DNA of 64,000 nt, from positions 1-64,000 of IMG/VR virus record IMGVR_UViG_3300031853_000008. One strand, given 5' to 3'. Position numbers and translations under genes: made by a program. Below the pieces are notes generated by a model. The model was not told the origin of the DNA, did no database searches, and saw nothing but the letters and a program-made list of their open reading frames with translations. Positions within the stretch are counted from its first letter, which is position 1, and every line of letters starts with the position of its first letter. The stretch is from a virus. Taxonomy: Duplodnaviria > Heunggongvirae > Uroviricota > Caudoviricetes. Positions 46,579 through 57,471 of the stretch are shown one piece after another.

Positions 46579-47793
46579 GTGGAAATCTGGGTGGCGGATC
46601 TTCCTATGGGGTCCGGCAAGACAACGGCAGCGATCAACTACATGAATGAACACGAAGAATGTAAGATCATTTACATTACTCCTTTTCTGGATGAAATAAA
46701 CAATAGAATCATACCTCAATGTCGAAAACGCAGTTTTCGCACTCCTGACCCGAAGGACGGGGGAAGTAAGTTAGCTTCTCTAAAGCGGTTGATTGCTAAC
46801 GGTGATAACGTAGCTTCGACCCATGCTCTCTTCGAGCGTTTTGATGACGAGGTCATGGGTTTGCTTCGCAAACATCATTATACTCTCATTATGGATGAAG
46901 TGAGTAATGTTGTCCAGGGCGTGACGCTTAACAGGGCAGATATCAACGTGATGATGGATAGTCTTGTAGGAGTTGACAGATCTACTCGTATGTGCAAGTG
47001 GAGGTCTGACAAGTCAGACTACCCGGATTCCGGGGGATACTTCAGCGAAGTAAAGCAGCTCATAGATAGTGGGCAGATAGCATATGTTGGGGACGGCACC
47101 CTTGTTAAGATTTTTCCTGTACAGGTCTTTCAGACGTTTGATAAGGTCGTTATATTAACATACTTATTCAAATATTCTGTACAAGCATACTATTTTAAGT
47201 ATTACAATTTGTCATATCGCAACTTATATGTAACGGATGATTACCATTTTGTTATTACTCCTTATCGGAGTAATAAGAAGTATGATTATTCCAAGTTAAT
47301 ACATATTTGTGACAAGCCTAAATTAAACAGTGTTGGGGCTGATATGTTTGATCTCAGTATGGGCGGGTATGAAAGGAAACACCCTGAGGACACATTAAGA
47401 AAAAACGTGATTACGTTTTTCAAGCATGAGTGTTTAAAGGTCCCCGATAAGAAGGTGTTGTGGACAACTTACATTCGGTACAGGGAAAAGATAGCCGATA
47501 AAGGATTTAAGGGGGCATTCCTAGAGTGTAATAGTCGCGCCACTAATGCTTACCGGGATCGGAACTGTTTAGCATATCTTGTGAACCGATACTTGAGTGC
47601 GCCAGTCCGGATCTTCTTTAACCAGAATGGAATTCAAATAGACGAGGATGGGTTTGCTCTTTCAGAGATGCTGCAGTGGGTGTGGCGGTCTGCTATACGA
47701 GACGGGAAGGAAATATGGTTATATATTCCTTCTTACAGGATGCGGGAGCTGCTGAAAGAATGGATACGGGGAGAAGGCACAAATGAAAATTAA
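46579..47793 (+). CDS. P-loop NTPase, helicase-like (Walker A PMGSGKT, Walker B LIMDEV)
   Basis: GTG start with GAAGGAAGGGGG RBS. Confidence 0.5.
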   Translation: MEIWVADLPMGSGKTTAAINYMNEHEECKIIYITPFLDEINNRIIPQCRKRSFRTPDPKDGGSKLASLKRLIANGDNVASTHALFERFDDEVMGLLRKHHYTLIMDEVSNVVQGVTLNRADINVMMDSLVGVDRSTRMCKWRSDKSDYPDSGGYFSEVKQLIDSGQIAYVGDGTLVKIFPVQVFQTFDKVVILTYLFKYSVQAYYFKYYNLSYRNLYVTDDYHFVITPYRSNKKYDYSKLIHICDKPKLNSVGADMFDLSMGGYERKHPEDTLRKNVITFFKHECLKVPDKKVLWTTYIRYREKIADKGFKGAFLECNSRATNAYRDRNCLAYLVNRYLSAPVRIFFNQNGIQIDEDGFALSEMLQWVWRSAIRDGKEIWLYIPSYRMRELLKEWIRGEGTNEN

Positions 47794-48169
47794 TATAGAT
47801 GAAGTTGTATATAAAACAAAAGAAGAAATTTCTAAGCTGCTCTCTCCTATCAGGCAGACAGAGAGAGATGTGGTCGATTCGTTCAGTGATGACTATCTGT
47901 TTTTGGCGAGAAACAGGGATGGTACACTGATGTTTTTCAAGCACTGGCCTAGGAAGGTGTATGGGTGGTGGGAGGATGATATCGGTTATGGGACGATTGT
48001 CTCTCATAATGAAGGAGATTTCAGAGATATAAAGTGGGCGGACGAAGATCCAACGATTGCAACTTGCTATCTTCCCCCTGTAAAGGCCGTGCAGGATGGA
48101 GTGCCTGTTCTTTTATATACGATACATAAGGATGGGATAAATTTATTTGCGTGTGTAGAGGGGAGATGA
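47783..48169 (+). CDS. hypothetical protein (128 aa)
   Basis: ORF. Confidence 0.45.
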   Translation: MKINIDEVVYKTKEEISKLLSPIRQTERDVVDSFSDDYLFLARNRDGTLMFFKHWPRKVYGWWEDDIGYGTIVSHNEGDFRDIKWADEDPTIATCYLPPVKAVQDGVPVLLYTIHKDGINLFACVEGR

Positions 48170-48181
48170 TGAAATTGACTT

Positions 48182-48631
48182 ATGACAAGGAGTCTATCAC
48201 AACTGTCCCGGCATCTGCGTCAAAGTCCGGCAAAAGGAAATGCACTGATGGAGAATGAAACGAACTGTCTGATGCTCTTCCCGCCGTTTTATACAGATGA
48301 TGTTGCAGAATGTTTTTTTAATTTACGCGGTAAGGGGTTAATGGAAAAATTATCAAATAAGCATAAAGAAGAGACAATACATTTCCATGTGTACGATTGG
48401 AAATTTATGAAAGGAAAAGCTATTCATGAAGGTGAATTGTCTCAATTAGCAAATATATGTCTGTGGCTATCGGTGTCAAAGTGTGTAGCGTTGTTTAATC
48501 CAATGCACTGGGACCCGTGGAAAGATCTATATGACGAAATCATTCATTTATGTGATGTGTATGGGATTGAAGTTGTGAATCCTCATGTTTATAGGTCACT
48601 ACGGTTTGGATGTAAGGGAGGTTTGTTATGA
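48182..48631 (+). CDS. hypothetical protein (149 aa)
   Basis: ORF. Confidence 0.4.
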   Translation: MTRSLSQLSRHLRQSPAKGNALMENETNCLMLFPPFYTDDVAECFFNLRGKGLMEKLSNKHKEETIHFHVYDWKFMKGKAIHEGELSQLANICLWLSVSKCVALFNPMHWDPWKDLYDEIIHLCDVYGIEVVNPHVYRSLRFGCKGGLL

Positions 48632-49302
48632 GTCATTACAGAGTAGCTGTTTTTCATAGGCCGGAGCAAAAGGTCGAGGATCTTCTCGCCCCGTATGATG
48701 AGAATATCGAGGTTGAAAAGTATCTGAAATATACCCGGCAGGAAGCCATTGACATGGCTCGGAAAAATTACGATGGGTATAGTGAAAAGTCTGACGATGA
48801 GTGTTGGGAATGCGTGGCGGATGGTTATGAACATGACGAGAAAGGTAATATCTATTCCACATATAATCTAAAATCAAAGTGGGACTGGTGGAGTTTTTCA
48901 GAGCCGTATATCCCTATTTATAATAAAAAGGGCGAATCTGTTAATGGCGGGGTTATGAAAGATCTTGATTTTCCGCTGGATAAAGATGAGTACAAAGCAG
49001 CACTCGATTTCTGGGATTCATATGTTGTCGGAAACGATAAGACATTAAGTTGGTACAAGCCGGAATATTACATTGATACATATGGGACAAGAGAAAAATA
49101 TGCGAAGATTCAAGCGGAATTTTCAACTTATGCGGTGATTACGCCGGATGGGGAATGGCATGCCCCTGGGAAGGTCGGATGGTTCGGGTGGTCGAGCGAG
49201 ACCCCTGATGAGAAGATCGATTGGTATGACCATTACAGGGAAAGGTTTATTGATGCCGCCGACCCGGAATGGGTTTTGGATATCGTTGATTGCCATATTT
49301 GA
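48628..49302 (+). CDS. hypothetical protein (224 aa)
   Basis: ORF. Confidence 0.45.
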   Translation: MSHYRVAVFHRPEQKVEDLLAPYDENIEVEKYLKYTRQEAIDMARKNYDGYSEKSDDECWECVADGYEHDEKGNIYSTYNLKSKWDWWSFSEPYIPIYNKKGESVNGGVMKDLDFPLDKDEYKAALDFWDSYVVGNDKTLSWYKPEYYIDTYGTREKYAKIQAEFSTYAVITPDGEWHAPGKVGWFGWSSETPDEKIDWYDHYRERFIDAADPEWVLDIVDCHI

Positions 49303-49511
49303 GGAGGGGCATATGGAACTTTAGGATTTAATGAAGCTGGATAATGAGTTTTTCGCCCTACAGGGAGATATTATGCGGGTATTGCGAGATGTTTAGTAGG
49401 ATGAAGCAATACGTGGCTATGCAAGAATGATTATATAGGAAATGGAGAAGACTTGCGCCATTGACATGACTGGGTGGATGAATCATGAAGAAATCTTGAA
49501 ATGGAAGGGAG

Positions 49512-49700
49512 ATGTTCCAGGTGAAACTGTTCTGCATGCACAAGGATCTACATAGAATAGCGGTGAATAAGATGGACTTTGGGGAAATCCTCTGCCACTG
49601 CCCCGATTGTGGGAGATACTACGTATATGATAAGCGGTTGGATGAGTTCTATCGGCTTCCGAAGAAAAAGCTGAATGTTTCAGAATGGGATTATGATTAA
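49512..49700 (+). CDS. small zinc-ribbon protein
   Basis: CHCPDCG motif. Confidence 0.35.
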   Translation: MFQVKLFCMHKDLHRIAVNKMDFGEILCHCPDCGRYYVYDKRLDEFYRLPKKKLNVSEWDYD

Positions 49701-49712
49701 GAGGTTCATATT

Positions 49713-49955
49713 ATGGAAGAATACACAAACGATGACATAAAAGCTTTACTTATTATGTTGGCAGAAACTGATCCCTCTAATGCAAAGGAAAGAGACACGA
49801 TAAGTAAAGCTATGGATGCGGTGCGGAGGCTTGTCCCGCCTACAGGACAGGAATACACAGGTCGCTGTCCTGTCTGTGGAACGCCAGTAACTATAGTGGC
49901 GAACTTCTGTTATAAGTGTGGGCAGAAACTCCCGGAGTGGAAACTTGGGTGGTGA
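49713..49955 (+). CDS. small zinc-ribbon protein (CPVCG ... CYKCG)
   Basis: ORF with two CxxC pairs. Confidence 0.4.
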   Translation: MEEYTNDDIKALLIMLAETDPSNAKERDTISKAMDAVRRLVPPTGQEYTGRCPVCGTPVTIVANFCYKCGQKLPEWKLGW

Positions 49956-49971
49956 TTCCCACAAATAACTG

Positions 49972-50412
49972 TTGGGTTTGGGGGAATATGGGGGATTTGA
50001 CATGTCAGTAGAGAGGATAACCATGACGATTGACGAAATCCGTGCAGAAATGTGCAACCATTTTTGTTGGAATGCGCCGTATGCGTCAGATGACAACTTG
50101 TTCTGCAAGACCTGCCAAATGGATGACCTGCCGCGATGGATTCCTGTAACGGTGAAAGTTCCAGAAGATCAAGGTGACCAAGTTTTATTTATTGAGATGG
50201 AATATTTTGATGGTGTTCCTAATCCTAAATACCATATTGGGCAACGATACAATGGTCATTGGTATGCAACTGACGACGAGGACAAAGTGAAAGATGTTGT
50301 CGCTTGGATGCCTCTCCCGCCCTATCAAAATGATACTATGGGTGAAATGATTAAGGAATCATGGGACGATTATCATGATTCGAGAAGTGCTTACAGATAT
50401 ACTGGAGATTAA
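49972..50412 (+). CDS. DUF551-family phage protein
   Basis: WIPVTVKVPED and VVAWMPLPPY motifs. Confidence 0.5.
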   Translation: MGLGEYGGFDMSVERITMTIDEIRAEMCNHFCWNAPYASDDNLFCKTCQMDDLPRWIPVTVKVPEDQGDQVLFIEMEYFDGVPNPKYHIGQRYNGHWYATDDEDKVKDVVAWMPLPPYQNDTMGEMIKESWDDYHDSRSAYRYTGD

Positions 50413-50414
50413 AA

Positions 50415-50786
50415 ATGAGACTGATAGATGCTGATTCGTTTAATCGGAAAATTGAAGACGAATATCATGGGGCTTTGTCGGATTCCATCATTCATCCTTA
50501 TGAAGTGTTACGAATGATTGATCAGATGCCGATTGTTAATCAGTGGATTTCGTTAGATGAAAGATTTCCAGATTGTGCCGATGACGTACTGATTTCTTAC
50601 TATATTGAGAAGAATGGAAAACGATGTAGGGGAAATTTCGTAGATATTGCAAGTTGGCACAGCGGAGATGTTTATGGCGAAGGATATTGGATTTTTTATT
50701 CTGACGAATATCTTATTCCCGGAATAAAGGTGCATCGGACTGCTTGGATGCCTCTGCCCACCCCTTATAAGGAGAATAAAAAATGA
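50415..50786 (+). CDS. DUF551-family phage protein with MRLIDAD N-terminal module
   Basis: WISLDERFPD and TAWMPLPTPYKE motifs. Confidence 0.5.
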   Translation: MRLIDADSFNRKIEDEYHGALSDSIIHPYEVLRMIDQMPIVNQWISLDERFPDCADDVLISYYIEKNGKRCRGNFVDIASWHSGDVYGEGYWIFYSDEYLIPGIKVHRTAWMPLPTPYKENKK

Positions 50787-51121
50787 GACTCATTGATGCG
50801 AACAAGATTCCACATGAAATAGCCTCTAATTCCGATTTTGTTGATGATATCTCTGATGCTGTCTTTATGGTGATTAGAAAAGCAATCGACAAGATTCCAA
50901 CAATTAATGCCGTACCTGTAAAATATGCGGCATGGGTTGGCAGTGATGATGGCGAAGAGCATATGGGGAGATACGAAACCTATGAATGCTCCAATTGCGG
51001 GTATCAAATTTCCTGGAGAGATTATGACAGAATCATGAATCAGGAGAAAGATGGGGCTGTTCCTGAGAATTCGTTTAAAGAATATTATTGTCCGCATTGT
51101 GGGGCGAGGATGGTTTTGTGA
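50783..51121 (+). CDS. MRLIDAN-module protein with C-terminal zinc ribbon
   Basis: CSNCGYQ..CPHCGARM. Confidence 0.45.
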   Translation: MRLIDANKIPHEIASNSDFVDDISDAVFMVIRKAIDKIPTINAVPVKYAAWVGSDDGEEHMGRYETYECSNCGYQISWRDYDRIMNQEKDGAVPENSFKEYYCPHCGARMVL

Positions 51122-51206
51122 GATTAATCGAAAAAGATAGTTATTGGAGGTATTACCATGACTGTGGGATCTAAAAACTATTATGATCGGGAAAAGAGGT
51201 GACAGT

Positions 51207-51404
51207 ATGAGAATCAGAATTTATCCACTACATCATTACAATGATGACCTTTATGATGAGTGGTCGGAGAAAGCCGATGGAATCACTGACTACACAATCA
51301 ACAAGAATAATTTTGTTGTGCGTAGAGGCGACCAGTGGATGGGGATTTACAACCTTGATGACATTTCAAAGATTATTGTATCGGATGAAAAGGTGAATGA
51401 ATGA
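51207..51404 (+). CDS. hypothetical protein (66 aa)
   Basis: ORF trimmed to MRIRIYPL. Confidence 0.35.
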   Translation: MRIRIYPLHHYNDDLYDEWSEKADGITDYTINKNNFVVRRGDQWMGIYNLDDISKIIVSDEKVNE

Positions 51405-51496
51405 GTGAATACGGACTAAAGATACGAAACTACTCTGCTGCTCCGCTGTATATGTACAATCAGGGGGTGCGGGATCATTGTGACTACAAATAGGCG

Positions 51497-53158
51497 ATGT
51501 TGTGTAATTCTTTATTTCTTACGTTTCTGAAGAACAATGGACTTAAAAATTATAAGGATATTTCTACCAGGGACGTGATATGTATTGATTTCGGGTTTGG
51601 GACGAGATCGTACGATGAAGAGTACTCTCATATCAAAAAAATGCTTCAAAGTGCCGAAGAATCTGGGAATGATGAAAAAATCACAAAAATGAAGGATTTA
51701 TTGGCAAAAACAATCAAAAATAAGTCGAAATTTAAGAAAATTTCGAAAGAAAACCTTAGAATTTTGATGTATGAAAACGGCATTGATGTGACCTATAAGG
51801 GGTTTGGGGATGACTCAGATGAAAAGATTCACTATAAGATGTTGGAGAGAAATGCTTCCCATGCCAAAGTTGGGACTGTAATCTTCATCAATTCTGAACT
51901 TTATGATAAAGCCTATAACTGGTTAAGTATGGGAATCAAGTTGCCGAAGAAAAAGGCTAAAATCGTTGAGATGTCGGCATATATGCCATTGACAACTTCG
52001 ACGATAGTCGGCACCGTTCACATTCCTGTACAGGATATTTTAATCTTAAAGGATTATGATTCGTTCTATAAAACAGTTGCGGATGTGATTAAACCTAAAA
52101 AAGGCGATAACGGCAAGATGATGTGCTACGTGTCAAGAGAGGATACGGAAGTAAAGAATACTCTGTGGGACGGGATGGCACTTATTGAGTCCTCGATTCT
52201 GCCCGGATACTGTAATGGAATGGCGTTGCTGAGAAACCATTTTTTCAAGGCTTGTGCGTTTAAGACTAATATCCAGCTGTTCTTCCATGATTACTGCGAC
52301 AAACACGGAATTGACTATGAAACTTATCAGATTACCGATATGTTTGGATACAGGCATTATTTAAAAGATATCAAAATGATAACGACAGATAATGCTATTA
52401 AGTGGAAGAAATTTATCTCTCTTATGGGGAACAGCCCTACTGAGGCGTATGGCTACTGGTGCGAAAAAGTTAGAGCGGATGGGGAAGAATGGGGAATCGT
52501 AAAGACAGACCACCCAAGCAAACTTAGTTATATAGGGAACTATAACAGAATGAGTTACCAGATGCTCAATACTCTCCCGACCACTTATGAAGATGTAGGC
52601 AAAATAGCTTCTACAAGCATTAAATATGTAGAAGATATGAAAAACAACAATGATATTTACGAGAAGTTTCTGCGAGAGAATGCCACGGCAGTCAATCATT
52701 ATGAGATGTTGGCTGACCTATACAAACAGAATAAAGAGTTCGCAAGAAGCGTTATGTGGAAACGAGACAAAGCGGATATCATCCGGCATTATGTCAACAA
52801 TCTTCGCAAAGGGAAGATATTCGTTAGAGGCGATAATCTGACGCTTTGTGGAAATCCATATGCTCTACTGCTTTACAGCATGGGGGAAGCTCCTGAGAAT
52901 GACAAAACGCTGTTACATGAGGATGGAACTATACAGTGTTACACGAAACAGTTTGAAGATGGTGAGTATTTGTGTGCTTTTAGATCCCCACAGAATTCAG
53001 CAAACAATATAGCATATTTTCATAACCACTACTCTCCCGAAATGGAGAAGTATTTTGATTTTAGTAAAAATATAATTGCTGTTAATTGTATTGGGACTGA
53101 TATTCAGCCTCGGATGAACGGCTCAACAATCGGGGCCAGTTGTGCGGAAACGCACTTC
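51497..53158 (+). CDS. large protein of unknown function, exon 1 (554 aa)
   Basis: ORF ends at TAA, the first codon of a group I intron (the same arrangement as in dnaE). Confidence 0.5.
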
Positions 53159-53436
53159 TAAAAATATTCGGTGAAAATTGGAAAGCTGACAATGCCAGCC
53201 AATCAATTACCAAGCCAGTGAATATCAGAAAGTAGCTGGAAGGTTTAGAGACTAGGGGTTGAGGAGATACCCAATAACACCCCCACGAGTGCCGAATACC
53301 TTAACACATAATGGTGAAGGTAATGAGATAGTCCGATACTCTTAGGAAACTGAGAGCTGCCGTGGATAAAGAGCCACGGACATAACAATATGGCGATTTT
53401 GACAGCGATTTTGTTTTTGCAACTAACCAACAAGAA
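53159..53436 (+). other. group I intron A (3' boundary approximate)
   Basis: R element GGTTTAGAGACTA at 53243-53255, S element GAGATAGTCCGA at 53325-53336, P9-like hairpin CCGTGG..CCACGG. Confidence 0.55.
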
Positions 53437-53700
53437 ATGGTAAAGGGTTCAAAGATTGCATATAGAGATTTCCCAACGGTAGTGAATGCTATCCCTGAAA
53501 GTGGGTTGACATATGACAATACTCCAGATTCGTATGCACTTATGGATAATCGCTTTGCCAAGAGCCAACGTGCGATAGGGGAATCATCGAATTTGGCGAT
53601 GTTGGCAGTAACATATTATTTAACAAACATTGCGAATAATATAAACAATGAACAAACCAAACAATTGTATGATATTTCAGTAATTCTAGCAGTATTGGCT
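53437..53700 (+). CDS. large protein of unknown function, exon 2 (about 88 aa; 5' boundary lies between 53386 and 53440)
   Basis: ORF bracketed by two group I introns. Ends at TAA, which begins intron B. Confidence 0.4.
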
Positions 53701-54061
53701 TAATTAACTGGGCCGGTCGCATAGAAATATGCCCCATAAAATATCCTGTGAATTTCTGGAAAGCTAAGAGTAAATGACTATGAATAAAGAACCTATGAAG
53801 ATGCCATTAGTAAACCGATATGAAAAATATAAATTGTAGTTATTTACTTATGCTAATCAGAAGCCAAGCCACTAAATCCTGTAGAAGTAAGTGGAAGGTT
53901 CAGAGACTAATCGGTGAGAAGGGGATCAATATCCGAACACGAGTGCAGGACACCTAAAAGATATTCTCAAGGTGATGATATAGTCCGATCTATAGGGAAA
54001 CCTATTGAAGCAACAGATAAATAGCTGTTGATGTAACGACAAGCAGTGCAGCATAGATAGT
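53701..54061 (+). other. group I intron B (3' boundary approximate)
   Basis: Q-like AATCCTGTAG, exact R element GGTTCAGAGACTAA at 53898-53910, S element GATATAGTCCGA at 53976-53988. Confidence 0.55.
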
Positions 54062-54730
54062 GTGAAAAGGGTCTATTCTGTAGATACTATGGACGAGATT
54101 GCAAGAATCAAGTCTCTTCCATGTATGGCTAGAACTACTGTAATTGATGGTAAGGAAGAACGCAGTGATTTTCCACTCTTCTTTCGATACACAAGAGATG
54201 TGCCTGTAACGAAGAATGGGAAAGAACTTCCATATGAAGACATCAAAACTGGTCGGCAAAAAGTTACGAATCGTATTAATGAAGACCTTGTTTGCCCGAT
54301 GAATTATCTTGAATCGTGGCTTGATAAAATTCAAGGCGCTTCCAAGACAAAAGATATACCAAATGAGAAGTTTCTGCGGAAAATTCCAGCCAATAGGAGA
54401 AATTCCGATTCTAAAAAGGTTGGTGAAATCCGAAAGATGATAGAGACATACGCATATTATCTTTATGATCACAGAGAACTTTTCAGTACATCTGAGGGAT
54501 TCGAAAAAGTTGTGGAGAAAACGGACGAACTTACAAATGCGATTAGAGGAATGAAGATTAATCTCGCAACCACACATAGACTTATACAGATTGCATTTGG
54601 AATCAATATAAATGATGATTCAAGGGATGTAACTGTAAAGTCTAATAAAATAGGGCGGAAAATCCTTATTATCCTTTATCATAGTAATCCAAAAGCTTTC
54701 TTAAGTTGCTTTGTAAAGGGTGAATGCTGA
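54062..54730 (+). CDS. large protein of unknown function, exon 3 (about 222 aa; 5' boundary lies between 54032 and 54090)
   Basis: Open frame continues from within the intron's 3' end. Confidence 0.4.
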   Translation: MKRVYSVDTMDEIARIKSLPCMARTTVIDGKEERSDFPLFFRYTRDVPVTKNGKELPYEDIKTGRQKVTNRINEDLVCPMNYLESWLDKIQGASKTKDIPNEKFLRKIPANRRNSDSKKVGEIRKMIETYAYYLYDHRELFSTSEGFEKVVEKTDELTNAIRGMKINLATTHRLIQIAFGININDDSRDVTVKSNKIGRKILIILYHSNPKAFLSCFVKGEC

Positions 54731-54867
54731 AAACGCCTCTGTTACAGGCAACTTTTCAGAAAGTCCGCTATAGGAGCGGAGTTTTGCGATTTTCAATAAT
54801 GTTTATCGTGGAGAGAACGAATCTCCGTGAGACAAAACCAAATTTTTATACAAAAGGAGAACAGAAA

Positions 54868-55143
54868 ATGACTAGAGTAGAAATTGTTGATGAAATTAAT
54901 GCAAAGACTGGAATTCACAAGAAGGATATCAGAGATATGCTTCAGAGCCTCGATGCTATCTTCGAGGATTGCATGGCAAGACATGACGAGGTTAAGCTTC
55001 TTAAGGGGCTGAGAGTCGATTGCCATGAGTCCGCCGCCCGGAATGGCGTGAATCCGCTCACTGGCGAGAAGGTCAAGTATCCGGCTACATTCAGACCGAA
55101 GGCTCATTTCACTCCACACATTAAAGAAGTTGTGAAGGGCTGA
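54868..55143 (+). CDS. HU/IHF-family DNA-binding protein
   Basis: MTRVEIVDEINAKTGI..GEKVKYPATFRPKAHF beta-arm motif. RBS AAAAGGAGAA. Confidence 0.7.
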   Translation: MTRVEIVDEINAKTGIHKKDIRDMLQSLDAIFEDCMARHDEVKLLKGLRVDCHESAARNGVNPLTGEKVKYPATFRPKAHFTPHIKEVVKG

Positions 55144-55212
55144 AACTAATTTGCTTGTGACAGGAAGTGTTGAAATATGCGCTTCCTGTTTCTTTTGAAG
55201 AGAGGTACTCAG

Positions 55213-55398
55213 ATGGTTCATATTACAAAAGATGAAGCATTTTATCTTAGAAAATGCGGTCGTGGAAAGGATATTCATATGTCTTCGAGAACCCACCAGA
55301 ATAGAAAAAGATATTGGGCAACCGAGTCGTATAAGACAATGAAATATCTTGACGGATACAGGGAAGAACAGCTTCGGGCAGGACAGACAAATGATTAA
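55213..55398 (+). CDS. hypothetical basic protein (62 aa)
   Basis: ORF. Confidence 0.3.
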   Translation: MVHITKDEAFYLRKCGRGKDIHMSSRTHQNRKRYWATESYKTMKYLDGYREEQLRAGQTND

Positions 55399-55522
55399 AT
55401 TCTATGACACGAATGCCATACTGAAGTTACAGGAAAAGATATTCGATGAAGAATTCTGGATTTCTACTGTAACACTTGAAGAGCTTTAGAATATAAAGAC
55501 CCAGAAAAATAAATCAGAGGAC

Positions 55523-56569
55523 GTGAAGTATGCCGCTAGAAAGATGGTAAGACTTCTTAATTTGAATTATGGAAAATACTGGAAAATCGTAAATAATGAT
55601 AGTCATTATGAGTTCGGTGCGGACGAGAGGATATGTAAAGATGCGGATCGTGTGAATAAAACGAACGGCCCCATCCAGTTTGTGACATATGATCTTTGTT
55701 GCCGAGTAATTGCGGATGGCAAATACGATTTGAATCCATATTATCCTGATAATAGTGGGGAGTCTATTTATAAAGGTTATAAAGAATTTGTCGGGTCTAC
55801 GAATGATATTAACACTGCTATCGAGAATATTAATCTTGATGATTGGTATATGAATGAATATCTGATTGCAGTGCCGACAGATGGTGGAAAGCCGTTTGAA
55901 CTCCGATATAATGGAGAGGAATTTGTTCCACTTCGCCTCCCATCATCGAAATTTATTAAAGGGAAAAATGCTCTTCAGAGATGTGCGTTGGATATGCTTG
56001 CAAACCCGAACATCACGATATGCGGTGTGCTTGGAAATTATGGTTCGGGTAAATCTTATCTTACGATGAGAATGGGGCTTTACTCTGTTAGAGAAAAAGG
56101 ATACCAGTCTAAAATCGTTGGAGTAAGAGAATACCGCGGAGAAGGCGAAGAAATTGGGTTTCTTCCTGGAGAAAAGGAAGCGAAGTTGAATGACTTCTTT
56201 CTGCCACTAGCACAGCAGCTTGATGGCGGGGAATTCGAACTCGAAAGCATGAAGCAACGCGGGGAGATTGAAATCAATACCCCATTTTTTATGAAAGGTA
56301 CTACATATGATAATTCTATCATACTTGTAGATGAAGCCGAAGATTTGAAAGAGAAACAGATAAAACTTATTGGAACGAGAGTTGGTCAGAATGGGCGGAT
56401 CTTCTTTAGCGGAGATTATAAACAGTCCTTGATCTGCGATAATGAGAATAATGCATTGGTGCGGACTTGCAACACCCTTAAGGGCAAGCCTGAATTCGCA
56501 TGCATTTATCTCGATGACGATGTTCGTTCCGATACAAGCAAGATTTTTGCGACATTATTTGAGGATTAA
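55523..56569 (+). CDS. phoH: PhoH-like ATPase with N-terminal extension
   Basis: Walker A GNYGSGKSY. Conserved GFLPGEKEAKL..FLPL PhoH segment. Confidence 0.7.
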   Translation: MKYAARKMVRLLNLNYGKYWKIVNNDSHYEFGADERICKDADRVNKTNGPIQFVTYDLCCRVIADGKYDLNPYYPDNSGESIYKGYKEFVGSTNDINTAIENINLDDWYMNEYLIAVPTDGGKPFELRYNGEEFVPLRLPSSKFIKGKNALQRCALDMLANPNITICGVLGNYGSGKSYLTMRMGLYSVREKGYQSKIVGVREYRGEGEEIGFLPGEKEAKLNDFFLPLAQQLDGGEFELESMKQRGEIEINTPFFMKGTTYDNSIILVDEAEDLKEKQIKLIGTRVGQNGRIFFSGDYKQSLICDNENNALVRTCNTLKGKPEFACIYLDDDVRSDTSKIFATLFED

Positions 56570-56573
56570 AACA

Positions 56574-56786
56574 ATGGAAGAAAAAACAAAAATTATTTTT
56601 AAGAGTTATATCGCAAGGAGACTTCTTAAGTCCGGGTGCAGAATAGTCGATATTAAGCCGGACAAAAATGATCCTGATAAGAAGCGTACTATTTTTGTGT
56701 TCGAGGATAATGAGAAGTTCCAGAAGGATCTGACGGATATCCTTGAGGATGAAAAGAAGGAACGTGCCAAGACAGATAAGCAGTAA
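56574..56786 (+). CDS. hypothetical protein (70 aa)
   Basis: ORF with GAGGA RBS. Confidence 0.4.
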   Translation: MEEKTKIIFKSYIARRLLKSGCRIVDIKPDKNDPDKKRTIFVFEDNEKFQKDLTDILEDEKKERAKTDKQ

Positions 56787-56817
56787 TTAAATACAAATAA
56801 AAAAGGGGGAATCAACC

Positions 56818-57471
56818 TTGGATATTGAAACTTTTACACTTCCTCTTATTGGAAATACAAAGTAGAGTGAAATTCCGTCTCCTGAGGAGTATACATATTG
56901 GAAACTTCGTAGCAACCGGGTATTCACAATTGATTATGAAATTGATCAAGATTACAGTCTTATTGAACTCAGTAAAGCTATCATGCAACTGAATTTTGAG
57001 GAAAGGGATATTCCGAAGGAAGAATTAAAACCGATTTATATTCTTATCCATACTTATGGGGGTGATATTGATCAGGCTTTCTATTTTGCGGATATGCTTA
57101 TTAGTTCTAGAATCCCTATCGTGACGGTAGGTCTTGGAGCTGTAATGTCGGCTGGGTTTATCATTTTTCTTGGTGGGCAGAGACGTTATGCCTTTAAGCA
57201 TTGTCAGATGCTTGTCCATAAAGGAAGTGCAGGATTTTCCGGCACCGCTCAGGAAATGGAAGACTTTCAAGCAAATTATAAGAAACAGCTGAATGACATG
57301 AGAACGTATATTCTTGAGAGAACAGATATCGATGAAAAGGTCTTTAACAGGAACAGGAACAAAGATTGGTATCTGCGGCCTAATCAACTGACTGAATATC
57401 ATATTGTTGATAAGATTATTGACAATTTTGATGACATCACTGATGACAAGGAGGGAAAAGAAGATGCTTAA
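56818..57471 (+). CDS. ClpP-family serine protease (likely prohead protease) with in-frame TAG at 56863..56865
   Basis: TTG start with AAAGGGGGA RBS. After the TAG the frame encodes the ClpP N-terminal strand region (RVFTIDYEIDQDYSLIELSKAI) before the conserved LIHTYGG..GLGAVMSAG..HKGSAG core. Confidence 0.55.

Noticed and set aside
54002-54577. 191-aa minus-strand ORF
   Set aside because: Antisense to exon 3 of the intron-containing gene. No start context.
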